From the NCBI GenBank assembly GCA_965208835.1, contig OZ242358.1, positions 2,304,001-2,368,000 on the forward strand: a stretch of DNA of 64,000 nucleotides, read 5' to 3'. Shown here in pieces: positions 48,055 to 57,702 of this stretch. The stretch is from Candidatus Latescibacterota bacterium. Its GTDB lineage: Bacteria; Latescibacterota; UBA2968; GCA-2709665. Under the pieces are notes generated by a model. The model made no database searches. It saw nothing but the letters and a program-made list of their open reading frames with translations, and had not been told where the DNA came from. The position numbers and the translations under genes are program-made. Positions within the stretch are counted from its first letter, which is position 1; each line of letters starts with the position of its first letter.

Positions 48055-49707
48055 GTGTCCGAAGTCCTGGAGACCGACTATCTGGTCATAGGCAGTGGTA
48101 TTGCCGGCCTTTCATTTGCGCTGAGAGCGGCCGAGTCCGCCTCTGTCGCTGTGATTACCAAGAAGGAGTCCCAGGAGTCGAATACGAACTATGCCCAGGG
48201 GGGAATCGCCGCAGTATTCGATTCGGACGATTCCTTCGAACGCCACGCGGCTGACACGCTCGCGGCCGGGGCCGGTCTCTGCCGCAGGGAGACCGTGGAA
48301 CTGGTGGTTGAACAGGGTCCACAGATGGTTCGGGAATTGATCGACTGGGGCGCCGCATTTACAACAGGGTCTGCCGGGCGTCTGGCGCTGGGGCGGGAAG
48401 GAGGACACACCCGTCACCGGATTGTACACGCGGACGACCTGACGGGAATGGAAATCGAACGGGCGCTGACGGAAGCGGTCGAGGCGCATCCCAACATAAC
48501 GCGGTTCGAACACCATATGGCGGTGGACCTGATCACGGAACACCATCTCTTTGGCGTCAGGAGCGAACCGCAGGGTCGGATTCATTGCTGGGGGGCCTAC
48601 GTTCTGGATTCAGCGTCAGGCCGGGTCCGGCGATTCCTGGCGCGAATCACGCTTCTGTGTTCCGGCGGGGCGGGGCAGATTTATACGCACACAACCAACC
48701 CGGGGATCGCAACCGGCGACGGGATCGCCATGGCCTACCGGGCGGGGGCGCCGATAGCCAATCTGGAGTTTATGCAGTTTCACCCCACGACGCTCTACCA
48801 TCCGGAGGCCGATTCGTTCCTGATTTCCGAGGCGGTGCGCGGTCACGGCGGCGTGCTGGTGGATCGTCACGGCCATCCCTTCATGGACGCCTATCACGAT
48901 ATGGGGGCGCTGGCGCCGCGCGATATCGTCGCCAGGGCAATCGACAACGAGCTGAAGAAGAGCGGCGCTCCCTGCGTGTATCTCGACATCACCCACGTGT
49001 CCGCCGCCGAGATTCAAGCGCGTTTTCCGAACATCCACCGGCGATGCCTAGCGCTCAACGTCGATATCACCCGGCAGCCCATTCCCGTCGTGCCCGCGGC
49101 TCACTATATGTGCGGCGGCGTGTCAACCGACCTCTGGGGGCGTACGGATATAGAAGGGCTCTACGCCTCCGGAGAGGTGGCGCACACCGGTCTGCACGGC
49201 GCGAATCGACTGGCCAGCAATTCACTTCTCGAGGCGCTGGTGTTTTCGGACCGCGCCTGTCGGCACGCATCCCGGTGTCTGGACAGGGTAACCGGCATTC
49301 CCGACGTACCCCTCTGGCGGGATGACGACGTGTTCAACGCCGAGGAATGGGTGCTTCTGTCCCATGATCGAACGGAGGTCCAGAAGTTGATGTGGGATTA
49401 CGTTGGCATCGTACGTTCCGACTTCAGGTTGAAAAGGGCGGCCCGGCGAATTGGCGTTATTGCCCGGGAGGTCGAGGAATTCTACAAGCGGACCAGGGTT
49501 ACGGAAGCGCTCCTGGAGTTGAGAAACATCACCACCGTGGCCGCGCTCGCCGTTCGCTGCGCACTGAAACGGCGCGAGAGCAGGGGGCTTCACTATAACG
49601 TGGACTGTCCTGCAGACGACACGGCGACACCGTCGGATACGGTCCTGTCCGCCCGCGAGACCTGGCAGTCGTCCGAAATCGACTGGCAGGCGGCCCTGAA
49701 TATCTGA
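48055..49707 (+). CDS. nadB: L-aspartate oxidase
   Basis: IGSGIAGL, NYAQGG, REGGH, QFHPT, SEAVRG, HYMCGG, HGANRLASNSLLE, ESRGLHY. Confidence 0.95.
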   Translation: MSEVLETDYLVIGSGIAGLSFALRAAESASVAVITKKESQESNTNYAQGGIAAVFDSDDSFERHAADTLAAGAGLCRRETVELVVEQGPQMVRELIDWGAAFTTGSAGRLALGREGGHTRHRIVHADDLTGMEIERALTEAVEAHPNITRFEHHMAVDLITEHHLFGVRSEPQGRIHCWGAYVLDSASGRVRRFLARITLLCSGGAGQIYTHTTNPGIATGDGIAMAYRAGAPIANLEFMQFHPTTLYHPEADSFLISEAVRGHGGVLVDRHGHPFMDAYHDMGALAPRDIVARAIDNELKKSGAPCVYLDITHVSAAEIQARFPNIHRRCLALNVDITRQPIPVVPAAHYMCGGVSTDLWGRTDIEGLYASGEVAHTGLHGANRLASNSLLEALVFSDRACRHASRCLDRVTGIPDVPLWRDDDVFNAEEWVLLSHDRTEVQKLMWDYVGIVRSDFRLKRAARRIGVIAREVEEFYKRTRVTEALLELRNITTVAALAVRCALKRRESRGLHYNVDCPADDTATPSDTVLSARETWQSSEIDWQAALNI

Positions 49708-49763
49708 ACGTTCGCCCGGCAGGGCAGTACCCTGAGTCGTGCGCGCACCCTGGAGAAGCCTGC

Positions 49764-51563
49764 ATGCAAAACGGCATCGCCGTGCTGGATTTCGGGGGGC
49801 AATACGCCCACCTGATCGCAAATCGCGTCCGCCGATTGCGGGTCTATTCGGAAGTCTTCCGGCCCGACGTGGACGCTTCCGCGGTGAATGGATACTCCGG
49901 CCTGATTCTGTCCGGAGGGCCCGCCAGCGTCTACGACCCGGATCAGCCTGCGTTCAATCGCGCGCACCTGGATTCCGGGCTGCCCGTACTCGGGCTCTGT
50001 TACGGCCACCAGCTGGTCTGCCGGGAACTGGGTGGCGAGGTTGCCCGGGGTGTTATCCGCGAGTACGGATCGGCGGAACTGCGGATTCGGTCCACAACAG
50101 GCTTGTTCGCGGGCATGGAGCCGTCTCAGGTGGTGTGGATGAGCCACGGCGACGTAGCCCGCCGTTTGCCGGAGGGGTTTGAGGTTCTGGGCGCGACCGA
50201 GGATTGCGCGACGGCCGCGGTCGGGGATGCGCGGCGCAACATCTATGGACTGCAGTTCCATCCGGAGGTCGCGCATACGGCTCGCGGCATGGATATACTG
50301 GACAATTTTCTGAATATCTGCAAGGCGCCGCGTACCTGGACGATGGCCAATTACGTGGAAACGGCGATGGAGGAGATTCAGGAGCAGGTCGGACCGAAGC
50401 GCGTGTTTCTGCTGGTTTCCGGAGGCGTGGACTCAAGTGTGGCCTTTGCACTGTTCAACCGCGCGCTCGGACCGGAGCGGGTGCTGGGCCTGCATATCAA
50501 CAACGGTTTTATGCGGAAGGGCGAATCCGCCGCAGTTTCTGACGCGCTCACGAGCGAAGGATTCGAAAACCTGGTTGTAGAAGATGCGACGCAAGCGTTT
50601 TTGCTGAGTACCGAGGGTATGGTGGAACCGGAAGAGAAGCGGCTGGCCGTCGGCAGGGCGTTTCTCGATGTCAAGGATCGCGTATTGGCCCGAATGGATC
50701 TGGATTCCGATGGCTGGTTGCTGGGCCAGGGCACGCTTTATCCGGATACCATCGAATCCGGCGGCACGGAACACGCCGCGGTGATCAAGACGCACCACAA
50801 CCGGGTGGACGCGGTAGAGGAGTTGATCGCCCGCGGCCTCGTCATCGAACCGCTGGCACACCTCTACAAGGACGAAGTGCGCGAACTGGGGATTGCCCTC
50901 GGCCTTCCTCAGCATCTGATATGGCGCCAGCCCTTTCCCGGACCGGGGCTGTCCGTGCGCTGCCTCTGTTCCCGGGGAGACGGCGCCGATACGCCGCAGG
51001 CGGAGGCCGAGGAAGCCGCCCGCGATATAGCGGTCCGCGCCGGACTGGGCCTCCGCCTGCTACCCCTGAAGAGCGTGGGGGTTCAGGGAGACTTCCGCAC
51101 CTACGCTCACCCCGCGGTTGTCTGGGGTGAGGCGGACTGGACGGTTCTGGAGGACGTTTCCACGCGTGTCACAAATGCGGTATCCGCGATCAACCGCGTC
51201 GTCTACCTGCTGGCGCCGTCGGCGCTTCCTGAACTGAAGCTGAAGCGGGCCTTCCTGACCCAGTCTCGTCTGGATCTTCTCAGGGACGTGGACGCGCTGG
51301 CGATGGCGGCCCTTGAGCGTGAGGGCCTGTCGAAGAAGGTGTCTCAGATGCCCACTGTCCTGCTGCCGTTGACATCCGACGGTGTCGGGGAGACCGTGGT
51401 TTTGAGGCCGGTAGAAACGCCGGACTTCATGACGGCGAGGTTCAGCGAGCTGCCCTTCGATTTCGTGCTGAAACTCGCGCGTAAGATTCTGAATATGGGA
51501 GGCGTCGAGGCGGTGTTTTACGACGTGACGCACAAACCGCCTGGAACGGTCGAGTGGGAGTAG
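49764..51563 (+). CDS. guaA: GMP synthase (glutamine-hydrolysing), long form
   Basis: LDFGGQY, GLCYG, QFHPEV, SGGVDS, QGTLYPD, IKTHHN, PFPGPGL, KPPGTVEWE. Confidence 0.95.
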   Translation: MQNGIAVLDFGGQYAHLIANRVRRLRVYSEVFRPDVDASAVNGYSGLILSGGPASVYDPDQPAFNRAHLDSGLPVLGLCYGHQLVCRELGGEVARGVIREYGSAELRIRSTTGLFAGMEPSQVVWMSHGDVARRLPEGFEVLGATEDCATAAVGDARRNIYGLQFHPEVAHTARGMDILDNFLNICKAPRTWTMANYVETAMEEIQEQVGPKRVFLLVSGGVDSSVAFALFNRALGPERVLGLHINNGFMRKGESAAVSDALTSEGFENLVVEDATQAFLLSTEGMVEPEEKRLAVGRAFLDVKDRVLARMDLDSDGWLLGQGTLYPDTIESGGTEHAAVIKTHHNRVDAVEELIARGLVIEPLAHLYKDEVRELGIALGLPQHLIWRQPFPGPGLSVRCLCSRGDGADTPQAEAEEAARDIAVRAGLGLRLLPLKSVGVQGDFRTYAHPAVVWGEADWTVLEDVSTRVTNAVSAINRVVYLLAPSALPELKLKRAFLTQSRLDLLRDVDALAMAALEREGLSKKVSQMPTVLLPLTSDGVGETVVLRPVETPDFMTARFSELPFDFVLKLARKILNMGGVEAVFYDVTHKPPGTVEWE

Positions 51564-51657
51564 GGTCCGGGATTGTCGACGGTTTCGCGGCAGCTTCGAA
51601 GGGCCGCGGGACGGGCTGTCGGTATGTTTGAATTCAACCCTCGAGGAGGCAAATCCG

Positions 51658-52095
51658 ATGCATGAAGTCAACTATCTCGCTGTTTTGATCGCAGGCGTTT
51701 TGCCGATGCTGGTGGGTGCCGTCTGGTACGGCCCCTTGTTCGGAAAGAGGTGGCTCGGTTATATGGAGACCACGGAGGAGGAGATACGCAAGGACTTCAA
51801 CCCACTCAAGACGTACGGCGTGAGTTTTCTGCTGGCGCTTGTCACCGCTTTCATACTTGCGCAACTGCTTGCCGGAATGGGAGGGCAGCAGGATATTTCA
51901 TCGCTGCAGGGGAGCGGGGGAAAGGCGATGGTGGGCATCCATCTGGGATTGATGGCGCTGATCGCCTTCGTGCTGCCGGTGGCGTACCAGTCCGTGGCCT
52001 TCGAGCGGCGCAAGGCCGGCCTGTTCTGGCTCAACCTGGGGTATAACGGCGTCGCGCTTCTCGGGCAGGGCGTGGTCGTCGCGGCCTGGAGCTGA
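51658..52095 (+). CDS. DUF1761 membrane protein
   Basis: NYLAVL, GAVWYGPLFGKRW; GAGGAGG RBS. Confidence 0.85.
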   Translation: MHEVNYLAVLIAGVLPMLVGAVWYGPLFGKRWLGYMETTEEEIRKDFNPLKTYGVSFLLALVTAFILAQLLAGMGGQQDISSLQGSGGKAMVGIHLGLMALIAFVLPVAYQSVAFERRKAGLFWLNLGYNGVALLGQGVVVAAWS

Positions 52096-52809
52096 CGCAA
52101 CAGGACACCACGGGAGGGCTGGAATCGAAAACGGTCGGTCGGAAGCGACGGCCGTTTTTTCGTCCAGGGCAAAGCGATCGACCGGGACGGTCTGTTCGAC
52201 ACGCCGGTGACGGGCGGCGAACGCGGCCTTGACCCGCGAGCCGAGCAGCACGCAGATGAAGAATACGGCGCCTCCGGCCAGCATGAGGTTGGTGAGATTC
52301 AGCAGATTTCCGATTACCGCGAAGAGCAGGTACCGCGGGAATCGCCCGAGAAAAACGGCGACCAGGTACCGCTGGAAGGGATAACCGCTTGCCGGACTGA
52401 GGATCCGGAAGATATAGAACGGTATGAACGGAACCAGCGCGGCGAACCATATTGCAAAAAAGGGCGCTTTCATGAAATAGTGAACAGCGCCCTTGTAGAC
52501 ATCGCTTTCGCGCGTCCGCCTGATTCTGGCGTTCTGAAAGGCGAAGTTGATGGCCCGGTAGTCCACGAAGCAGGCGATCAGGGTGCCTGCAACGGCGGCA
52601 ACCGCAACCGCGACAGGATGATAGGACCGGCCAAGGTAAACCAGCGCGGGTTCGTGAGGGAACGGAACGAAGGAGTTGGCGGGAATGCTGTAGAAGAAGA
52701 GAAGCGAAAGGTCGCGATATTGAGGCAGCAGGAGCGCCGCTGCGCCCGAAATTGTGAACAGGCCCGCCGCAGCGCCGAGAAATACTTTCCAGCCCTTGCT
52801 CATTTCCAT
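51898..52809 (-). CDS. DedA/VTT-domain membrane protein (3' end overlaps DUF1761 gene)
   Basis: PFPHEP, AGT...DY, PFIPF, GRFPRY. Confidence 0.7.
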   Translation of the reverse strand: MEMSKGWKVFLGAAAGLFTISGAAALLLPQYRDLSLLFFYSIPANSFVPFPHEPALVYLGRSYHPVAVAVAAVAGTLIACFVDYRAINFAFQNARIRRTRESDVYKGAVHYFMKAPFFAIWFAALVPFIPFYIFRILSPASGYPFQRYLVAVFLGRFPRYLLFAVIGNLLNLTNLMLAGGAVFFICVLLGSRVKAAFAARHRRVEQTVPVDRFALDEKTAVASDRPFSIPALPWCPVASAPGRDDHALPEKRDAVIPQVEPEQAGLAPLEGHGLVRHRQHEGDQRHQSQMDAHHRLSPAPLQR

Positions 52810-52850
52810 AACCGACAGACCCTTTTTTCGGTGGGTAGTGCTGCGGCGAA

Positions 52851-52879
52851 AATATAAGTGAATCTTTTAAAAGTGTCAA
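52851..52879 (-). promoter_or_regulatory. sigma70 promoter for DedA-like gene
   Basis: TTGACA-N17-TATATT with upstream A-tract. Confidence 0.7.
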
Positions 52880-52953
52880 CTTTTTTTCAGTTCGCGTTCT
52901 GAATTTCGTCTATACGCAGTTCCCTTATCGACTCCGCAACGTGCGGACGGTTC

Positions 52954-54306
52954 CTAAAACGTGCTTTCCGGCGTTGTTCCGGGGCACCAGCGTGCCGTTG
53001 TCAACGCGGGGACGAGCGCATTCAATGCCGACGGGGTTCCGATTCGCCTGAGCGCCTCGGCGGCGTTGCCCCGTGCGTAACGATTGTCGTCTGCCAGCCC
53101 GTCACTGAGCTCTGGAACGGCGGATTCGGCTGCCGGACCCAGTTTGGCAAGGGCCAATGCGGCGGTGCGACGCACGTCGCCGTCGGTATCCTGCATATGC
53201 TTCTTCAATCCTGAAACCACTGCCGGATCCCCAACAGCGACATTTCCGAGCGCTTCCGCGGACCACCGGCGGATTTCCGGGTCGTCGTGTTCCAGGGTGT
53301 CGACCAGGCCCGGGACGGCCTCTTCGGCGCCTCCGCCGATATCCGCCAGGATCTCGACTGTCCGGGCAGTGTCGTCTCCGAGCCGCTCGACCATGTCCGG
53401 AACCGCCGGCGCACCGATGGCGCTCAGGGCGTATGCCGCATTGCGTCGCACGGACTCCGACCCGTCATCCAGAAGGGCCGTAAGGGTGGGTATGGCGGCG
53501 GTTCCTATCCTGGCGAGGCGGTAGGCGGCATTGAGGGCCGTGTTTTCATGCGCGTCGTCCAGGTCCCGTGCGCTTGCGGCCACCTGCGCGTTAACGCCGT
53601 TCGCGGGAGGACGTCCACGGTGCCAGTCCCACATGTGGTTCCACAGCAACGCGCGTTCGTCCGTGTGGTTCCAGCCACCTCGCGCGGCACCCCCGGATCC
53701 GCCGTGCCGCCAGCTCGGGGTGTCCGGTTCCTGCATCCGCGCGAAGAGGAATTTCATCATATAGCGGGGCCCTTCGCTGGAATTCGGCATGGCCCGGTGC
53801 CACAGGTCGTAATGGACGATCGTGACGTCGCCCGCGTCCCCGTATAGCGGCAGTTCCTCGCTCGCTTCCGCGTTATAGGTGTTGTTGTAGTGGCTGCCGG
53901 GCACGACGCCCGTGGGACCCAGGCGTATCGGAGTGGGCTGGGGGTAATAGAACGCCATGGCCCACCTTGTGTGATGGTGCCGCCGGTTCCAGCCGTCCAT
54001 ATGCATACGCTGACCGTCGCTTCCCGGCGGGTTGCAATGGCAGTGCCGATGCGGATGCATATAATAGTTGGCGCCGAGTAGCCCCGTGAGCCCGCCGGCG
54101 ACGTTCGGGTCCTGGAAGACCCTTTGGATTTCCGGCAGCCTGGGCAGAAGGTTGTTCCCGGGGTTGCCCTCTTTCTCAAATATGTCGTCGGTGCGCCGGT
54201 AGATGTCGTCATGGAATTCCGGAGGAAGCTCCGTCTTGACGGAAATGAACCCGTTGACGACGTAGAACCGCATCTGTTCGTCGGTGAGCAGCTTGGCTCT
54301 TCGCAT
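52954..54306 (-). CDS. PhyH dioxygenase fused to HEAT repeats
   Basis: HMD, VVPGSH, HYDLWH; C-terminal VRRNAAYALSAIG-type repeats. Confidence 0.85.
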   Translation of the reverse strand: MRRAKLLTDEQMRFYVVNGFISVKTELPPEFHDDIYRRTDDIFEKEGNPGNNLLPRLPEIQRVFQDPNVAGGLTGLLGANYYMHPHRHCHCNPPGSDGQRMHMDGWNRRHHHTRWAMAFYYPQPTPIRLGPTGVVPGSHYNNTYNAEASEELPLYGDAGDVTIVHYDLWHRAMPNSSEGPRYMMKFLFARMQEPDTPSWRHGGSGGAARGGWNHTDERALLWNHMWDWHRGRPPANGVNAQVAASARDLDDAHENTALNAAYRLARIGTAAIPTLTALLDDGSESVRRNAAYALSAIGAPAVPDMVERLGDDTARTVEILADIGGGAEEAVPGLVDTLEHDDPEIRRWSAEALGNVAVGDPAVVSGLKKHMQDTDGDVRRTAALALAKLGPAAESAVPELSDGLADDNRYARGNAAEALRRIGTPSALNALVPALTTARWCPGTTPESTF

Positions 54307-54328
54307 GGGAGGACCTCTCTTCCGGCCG

Positions 54329-55516
54329 TCAGGCCCGTGGGCGCCCCGGTTGCCAGGGATGCGCCAGAAGGGCTTCTTCGACAATGTCCGTGCCCCAACC
54401 CGGCGCGTCGGGAACGGCCATGCGTCCGTCGACGATGGTTGGCGGATCCGTGACGAGGTCGTCTTTCCAGGGCACGTCGTCGATGTCTATTTCCATGATG
54501 CGCACGTTTGGAAGCACGGCGCATAGGCTCGCACTGATGAACGATGCGAGGTGGCTGTAGTAGTTGTGCGGGGCGACGTTCAACTGGAAGACTTCAGCGA
54601 GGTCCCCGATTTTTCTGGACTGTGAGAAACCGTTCCACGGAACGTCGATCATGAACACGTCGGCCGCCTGACGCCTAAAATAGGGAATATAGCCCCGCAT
54701 GTGAAACAGATTTTCACCGGTGCAGATGGGCGTGGAGGTGGACTGCCGGATCGCCAGGATGGCATCGGGATCGTACATGTCGATTTCAAGCCAGAGCAGG
54801 TTGAAGGGCTCCAGAACTCTTGCGATTCGCCTGCAGGCTTCCGGCTTGAAGTTGAAGTTGAGGTCCAGGTTGATGTCGACGTCCGGTCCGACGGCTTCCC
54901 GGAGCGTGCCCACAAGGCTCTCGATCTGCGTCAGCAGCCGATTCGATATCGCCTGGTCGGTCGTACCGGGTTTGCCGGCAAAGCCCGGAAAGTAGACCGA
55001 ACCGGGATCGCCGGGAAACAGGATGTTGGTCTTGAGCGCCGTGAAGCCCTTTTGCACGACCTCGCGGCCCAGCGCGGCAACGTCGCCCAGGTTGCGCAGC
55101 GGCGGGGTCCCGATGAGTTCGTGCGCCCGGATCCTGCTGGTGCCGCAGTGCGACCAGTAAAGCCGGACGTCTTCCCGCGTGGGCCCGCCGAACAGCTCGA
55201 CAACCGAAATGCCGAGGGCCCGCGCCTTGATGTCCACCAGGGCCAGTTCGATACCCGAAATGGCTTTCGCTGCCGCGCCGTCAGGACTCTGGCGGCTGCG
55301 TCTGACCATATCCTGGAACCGCATTTCGAACGGGCGCGGATCCCGGCCGATCAGCACGGCTTTGAAATCTTCAACCGCGCCTGCGACGCTCAGGGGCATC
55401 TTGTCGTCGCTGCATTCGCCCCAACCCGTAACGCCGTCGTCGGTTTCCACCTTGACCAACAGCCAGGACCGCCAGCCGGCGTCGACGTGGAACGTCTGTA
55501 TATCCTTGATGCGCAT
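54329..55516 (-). CDS. Mandelate racemase/enolase superfamily acid-sugar dehydratase
   Basis: ETDDGVTGWGE, ALVDIKA, FTALK, CTGE, PHN, PGWG. Confidence 0.88.
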   Translation of the reverse strand: MRIKDIQTFHVDAGWRSWLLVKVETDDGVTGWGECSDDKMPLSVAGAVEDFKAVLIGRDPRPFEMRFQDMVRRSRQSPDGAAAKAISGIELALVDIKARALGISVVELFGGPTREDVRLYWSHCGTSRIRAHELIGTPPLRNLGDVAALGREVVQKGFTALKTNILFPGDPGSVYFPGFAGKPGTTDQAISNRLLTQIESLVGTLREAVGPDVDINLDLNFNFKPEACRRIARVLEPFNLLWLEIDMYDPDAILAIRQSTSTPICTGENLFHMRGYIPYFRRQAADVFMIDVPWNGFSQSRKIGDLAEVFQLNVAPHNYYSHLASFISASLCAVLPNVRIMEIDIDDVPWKDDLVTDPPTIVDGRMAVPDAPGWGTDIVEEALLAHPWQPGRPRA

Positions 55517-55555
55517 TGAATCGCCTGCTCCCGGCCGCCGGGCGGGCGGCCTCAG

Positions 55556-55591
55556 AACAAAGAAACAGGGGGCGCGTGTCTGCCCCCTGTT
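55556..55591 (-). terminator. Intrinsic terminator after glnA
   Basis: AACAGGGGGC-N8-GCCCCCTGTT stem followed by U-rich tail on minus strand. Confidence 0.65.
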
Positions 55592-55621
55592 CGCGTCGCG
55601 TGTGAATTGTGATTTACGGTT

Positions 55622-57040
55622 CTACGCGTCGAAATACAGCGCGAATTCGTACGGATGCGGCCTGAGTCGCATCTCGTCGATTTCGTTCTTGCGCTTGTAG
55701 TCGATCCAGTGGTCAATCACGTCCAGGGTGAAAACGCTTCCCTTGAGGAGGAAATCGTGATCGGCTTCAAGGGCGTTGATGGCTTCTTCCAGCGATCCGG
55801 GCGTCTGGGGGACTCTGGCCAGTTCTTCCGGCTCCAGATCGTACAGGTCCTTGTCAAGGGGCTCGCCCGGGTCGATTTTGTTCTCGATGCCATCCAGGCC
55901 GGCCATGAGCATGGCTGCAAAGGCCAGGTAGGGGTTGCACGAGGGGTCCGGGCAGCGGAACTCGATCCGCTTTGCTTTGGGGCTGGGCGAATACATCGGG
56001 ATCCGGACGCAAGCACTGCGGTTGCGCTGGGAATAGGCCAGGTTGACCGGGGCTTCGTATCCTGGTACAAGGCGTTTGTAGGAGTTGGTGGTCGGCGCGG
56101 CAAATGCCAGCAACGCGTGTGCGTGTTTGAGGATGCCGCCGATGTAGTGGAGCGCCATCTCGCTGAGTCCGGCGTAGGCTGAACCGGCAAAGAGAGGTTC
56201 GCCGTTCTTCCACAGACTCTGGTGCACGTGCATCCCCGTGCCGTTGTCTTCAAAGAGCGGCTTGGCCATGAAGGTGGCAGTCTTGCCGTGTTTCCTTGCC
56301 GTATTCTTGACAATGTACTTGTAGAGAATCAGCTTGTCGGCGCATGACAGCAGCGGCGCGAACCGGAAGTCGATTTCACCCTGGCCGCCGGTCGCCACCT
56401 CATGATGGTGGGCTTCGACTTCGATTCCGCTGTTGAGCATATGCAGAACCATCTCGCTCCGGATATCCTGAAGGCTGTCGGTAGGCGGCACCGGGAAGTA
56501 CCCCTCTTTGTAACGCGGCTTATAGCCCAGGTTCGGCTGTTCGTCGCGGCCGGTATTCCAGCGGCCTTCGTTTGAATCGACGTAATAGTAACCCGAATTG
56601 TTCGTCTGGTCGAAGCGGATATCGTCGAAGACGAAGAATTCGGCCTCGGGTCCGAATGTGGCCGCGTCCGCGATGCCTGAAGATTTAAGGTAGTTCTCGG
56701 ACTTTTTCGCCACGGTTCTGGGGTCGCGGGTGTAGAGGTCTCTCGTGATCGGGTCTTCGATTTCACAGAATATAACGAGCGTGGGAATCTCAAGGAAGGG
56801 ATCGACAAAGGCCGTATCGGCATCCGGCATCACGAGCAGGTCGCTTTCGTCGATGGATTGCCAGCCGCGCATGCTGGAGCCGTCGAAGCCGAGGCCGTCT
56901 TCGAACGTGTCTTCTTCGACTTCCTCCGCCGGCACGGAAAAATGCTGCCAAAGCCCCGGATAGTCCGTAAAGCGGAAATCCACGATCTTCACGTTGTTAT
57001 CCTTGATCATTTCAAGGACGTCTTGAGGCGTCTTGCCCAT
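55622..57040 (-). CDS. glnA: Glutamine synthetase type I
   Basis: [41 protein letters not shown] adenylylation loop. Confidence 0.96.
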   Translation of the reverse strand: MGKTPQDVLEMIKDNNVKIVDFRFTDYPGLWQHFSVPAEEVEEDTFEDGLGFDGSSMRGWQSIDESDLLVMPDADTAFVDPFLEIPTLVIFCEIEDPITRDLYTRDPRTVAKKSENYLKSSGIADAATFGPEAEFFVFDDIRFDQTNNSGYYYVDSNEGRWNTGRDEQPNLGYKPRYKEGYFPVPPTDSLQDIRSEMVLHMLNSGIEVEAHHHEVATGGQGEIDFRFAPLLSCADKLILYKYIVKNTARKHGKTATFMAKPLFEDNGTGMHVHQSLWKNGEPLFAGSAYAGLSEMALHYIGGILKHAHALLAFAAPTTNSYKRLVPGYEAPVNLAYSQRNRSACVRIPMYSPSPKAKRIEFRCPDPSCNPYLAFAAMLMAGLDGIENKIDPGEPLDKDLYDLEPEELARVPQTPGSLEEAINALEADHDFLLKGSVFTLDVIDHWIDYKRKNEIDEMRLRPHPYEFALYFDA

Positions 57041-57127
57041 GCTGCCGCTCCTTTCGGGTGTGGGTCGTTGAATGGTCTCCACAAATGTCAAGACGAAATT
57101 GGAACGGCGCAAATATACGGGCAGTAT

Positions 57128-57165
57128 GTTTCGTATAGATTGCAAATATGTTAAATATATGTTAA
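57128..57165 (-). promoter_or_regulatory. 11-bp periodic direct repeats upstream of glnA
   Basis: TTAAC-n6-TTAAC-n6-GCAAT-n6-GAAAC on minus strand. Confidence 0.5.
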
Positions 57166-57275
57166 TAGCGGTACCGCTCAGCATGAGTGGGCGATGCCGG
57201 CGGCGCCAGCCGCCAGAGTCCGGAAACAGTCGCGGAGCGGGGAATTTGCGCCGTTCCGGATCAGCAGTAAAAGGC

Positions 57276-57304
57276 TTGACAAGAAACTTGCATTCCTTTA
57301 TCAT
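57276..57304 (+). promoter_or_regulatory. sigma70 promoter facing hrcA
   Basis: TTGACA-N17-TATCAT. Confidence 0.7.
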
Positions 57305-57322
57305 TTGAGGGAATACGGATTT

Positions 57323-57492
57323 AGAAGCTGTTTTAAAATTCCTGGCGAAAATGTGTCGGTCAAGGCGGGCAAATTCGGCTATGAGAGGCGAGCAAGCGCA
57401 GCCTCGATCTCGTAGAACGGGTGGATTTGACCAACGCAGACCGACACTTTTGCAGCCGCGCGAAGACCGCTGGGGGTTTTAAGACAGCTTCT
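57323..57492 (+). mobile_element. MITE-like element copy D
   Basis: TTA|GAAGCTGTTTTAAAA ... TTTTAAGACAGCTTC|TTA, apparent 3-bp target duplication. Confidence 0.82.
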
Positions 57493-57702
57493 TAGCTGGA
57501 TTCCGACAGTCTGAAGCTGCCCCTGCCATCCGGGTTGGCGTACGGGGGCATGCCGTCGGCATGCCAAAACGTCACCCTTCACGAAGTCCGCTCTCCCCCG
57601 TTAAAAACCGTCCACTGACTCAGATCGTCAATCTAAAGCTCAACGGGCATCTCCTCCGGCCCCCGCGGTCTTTCTCTGAGGCTATCGGAAGGGGTGGGAC
57701 GT

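Noticed and set aside
57041-57304. N-terminal extension of GlnA in the ORF track, and a sigma54 promoter
   Set aside because: ATG 57040 has an AAAGGAG RBS and gives normal length; TTGCA lacks a correctly spaced GG
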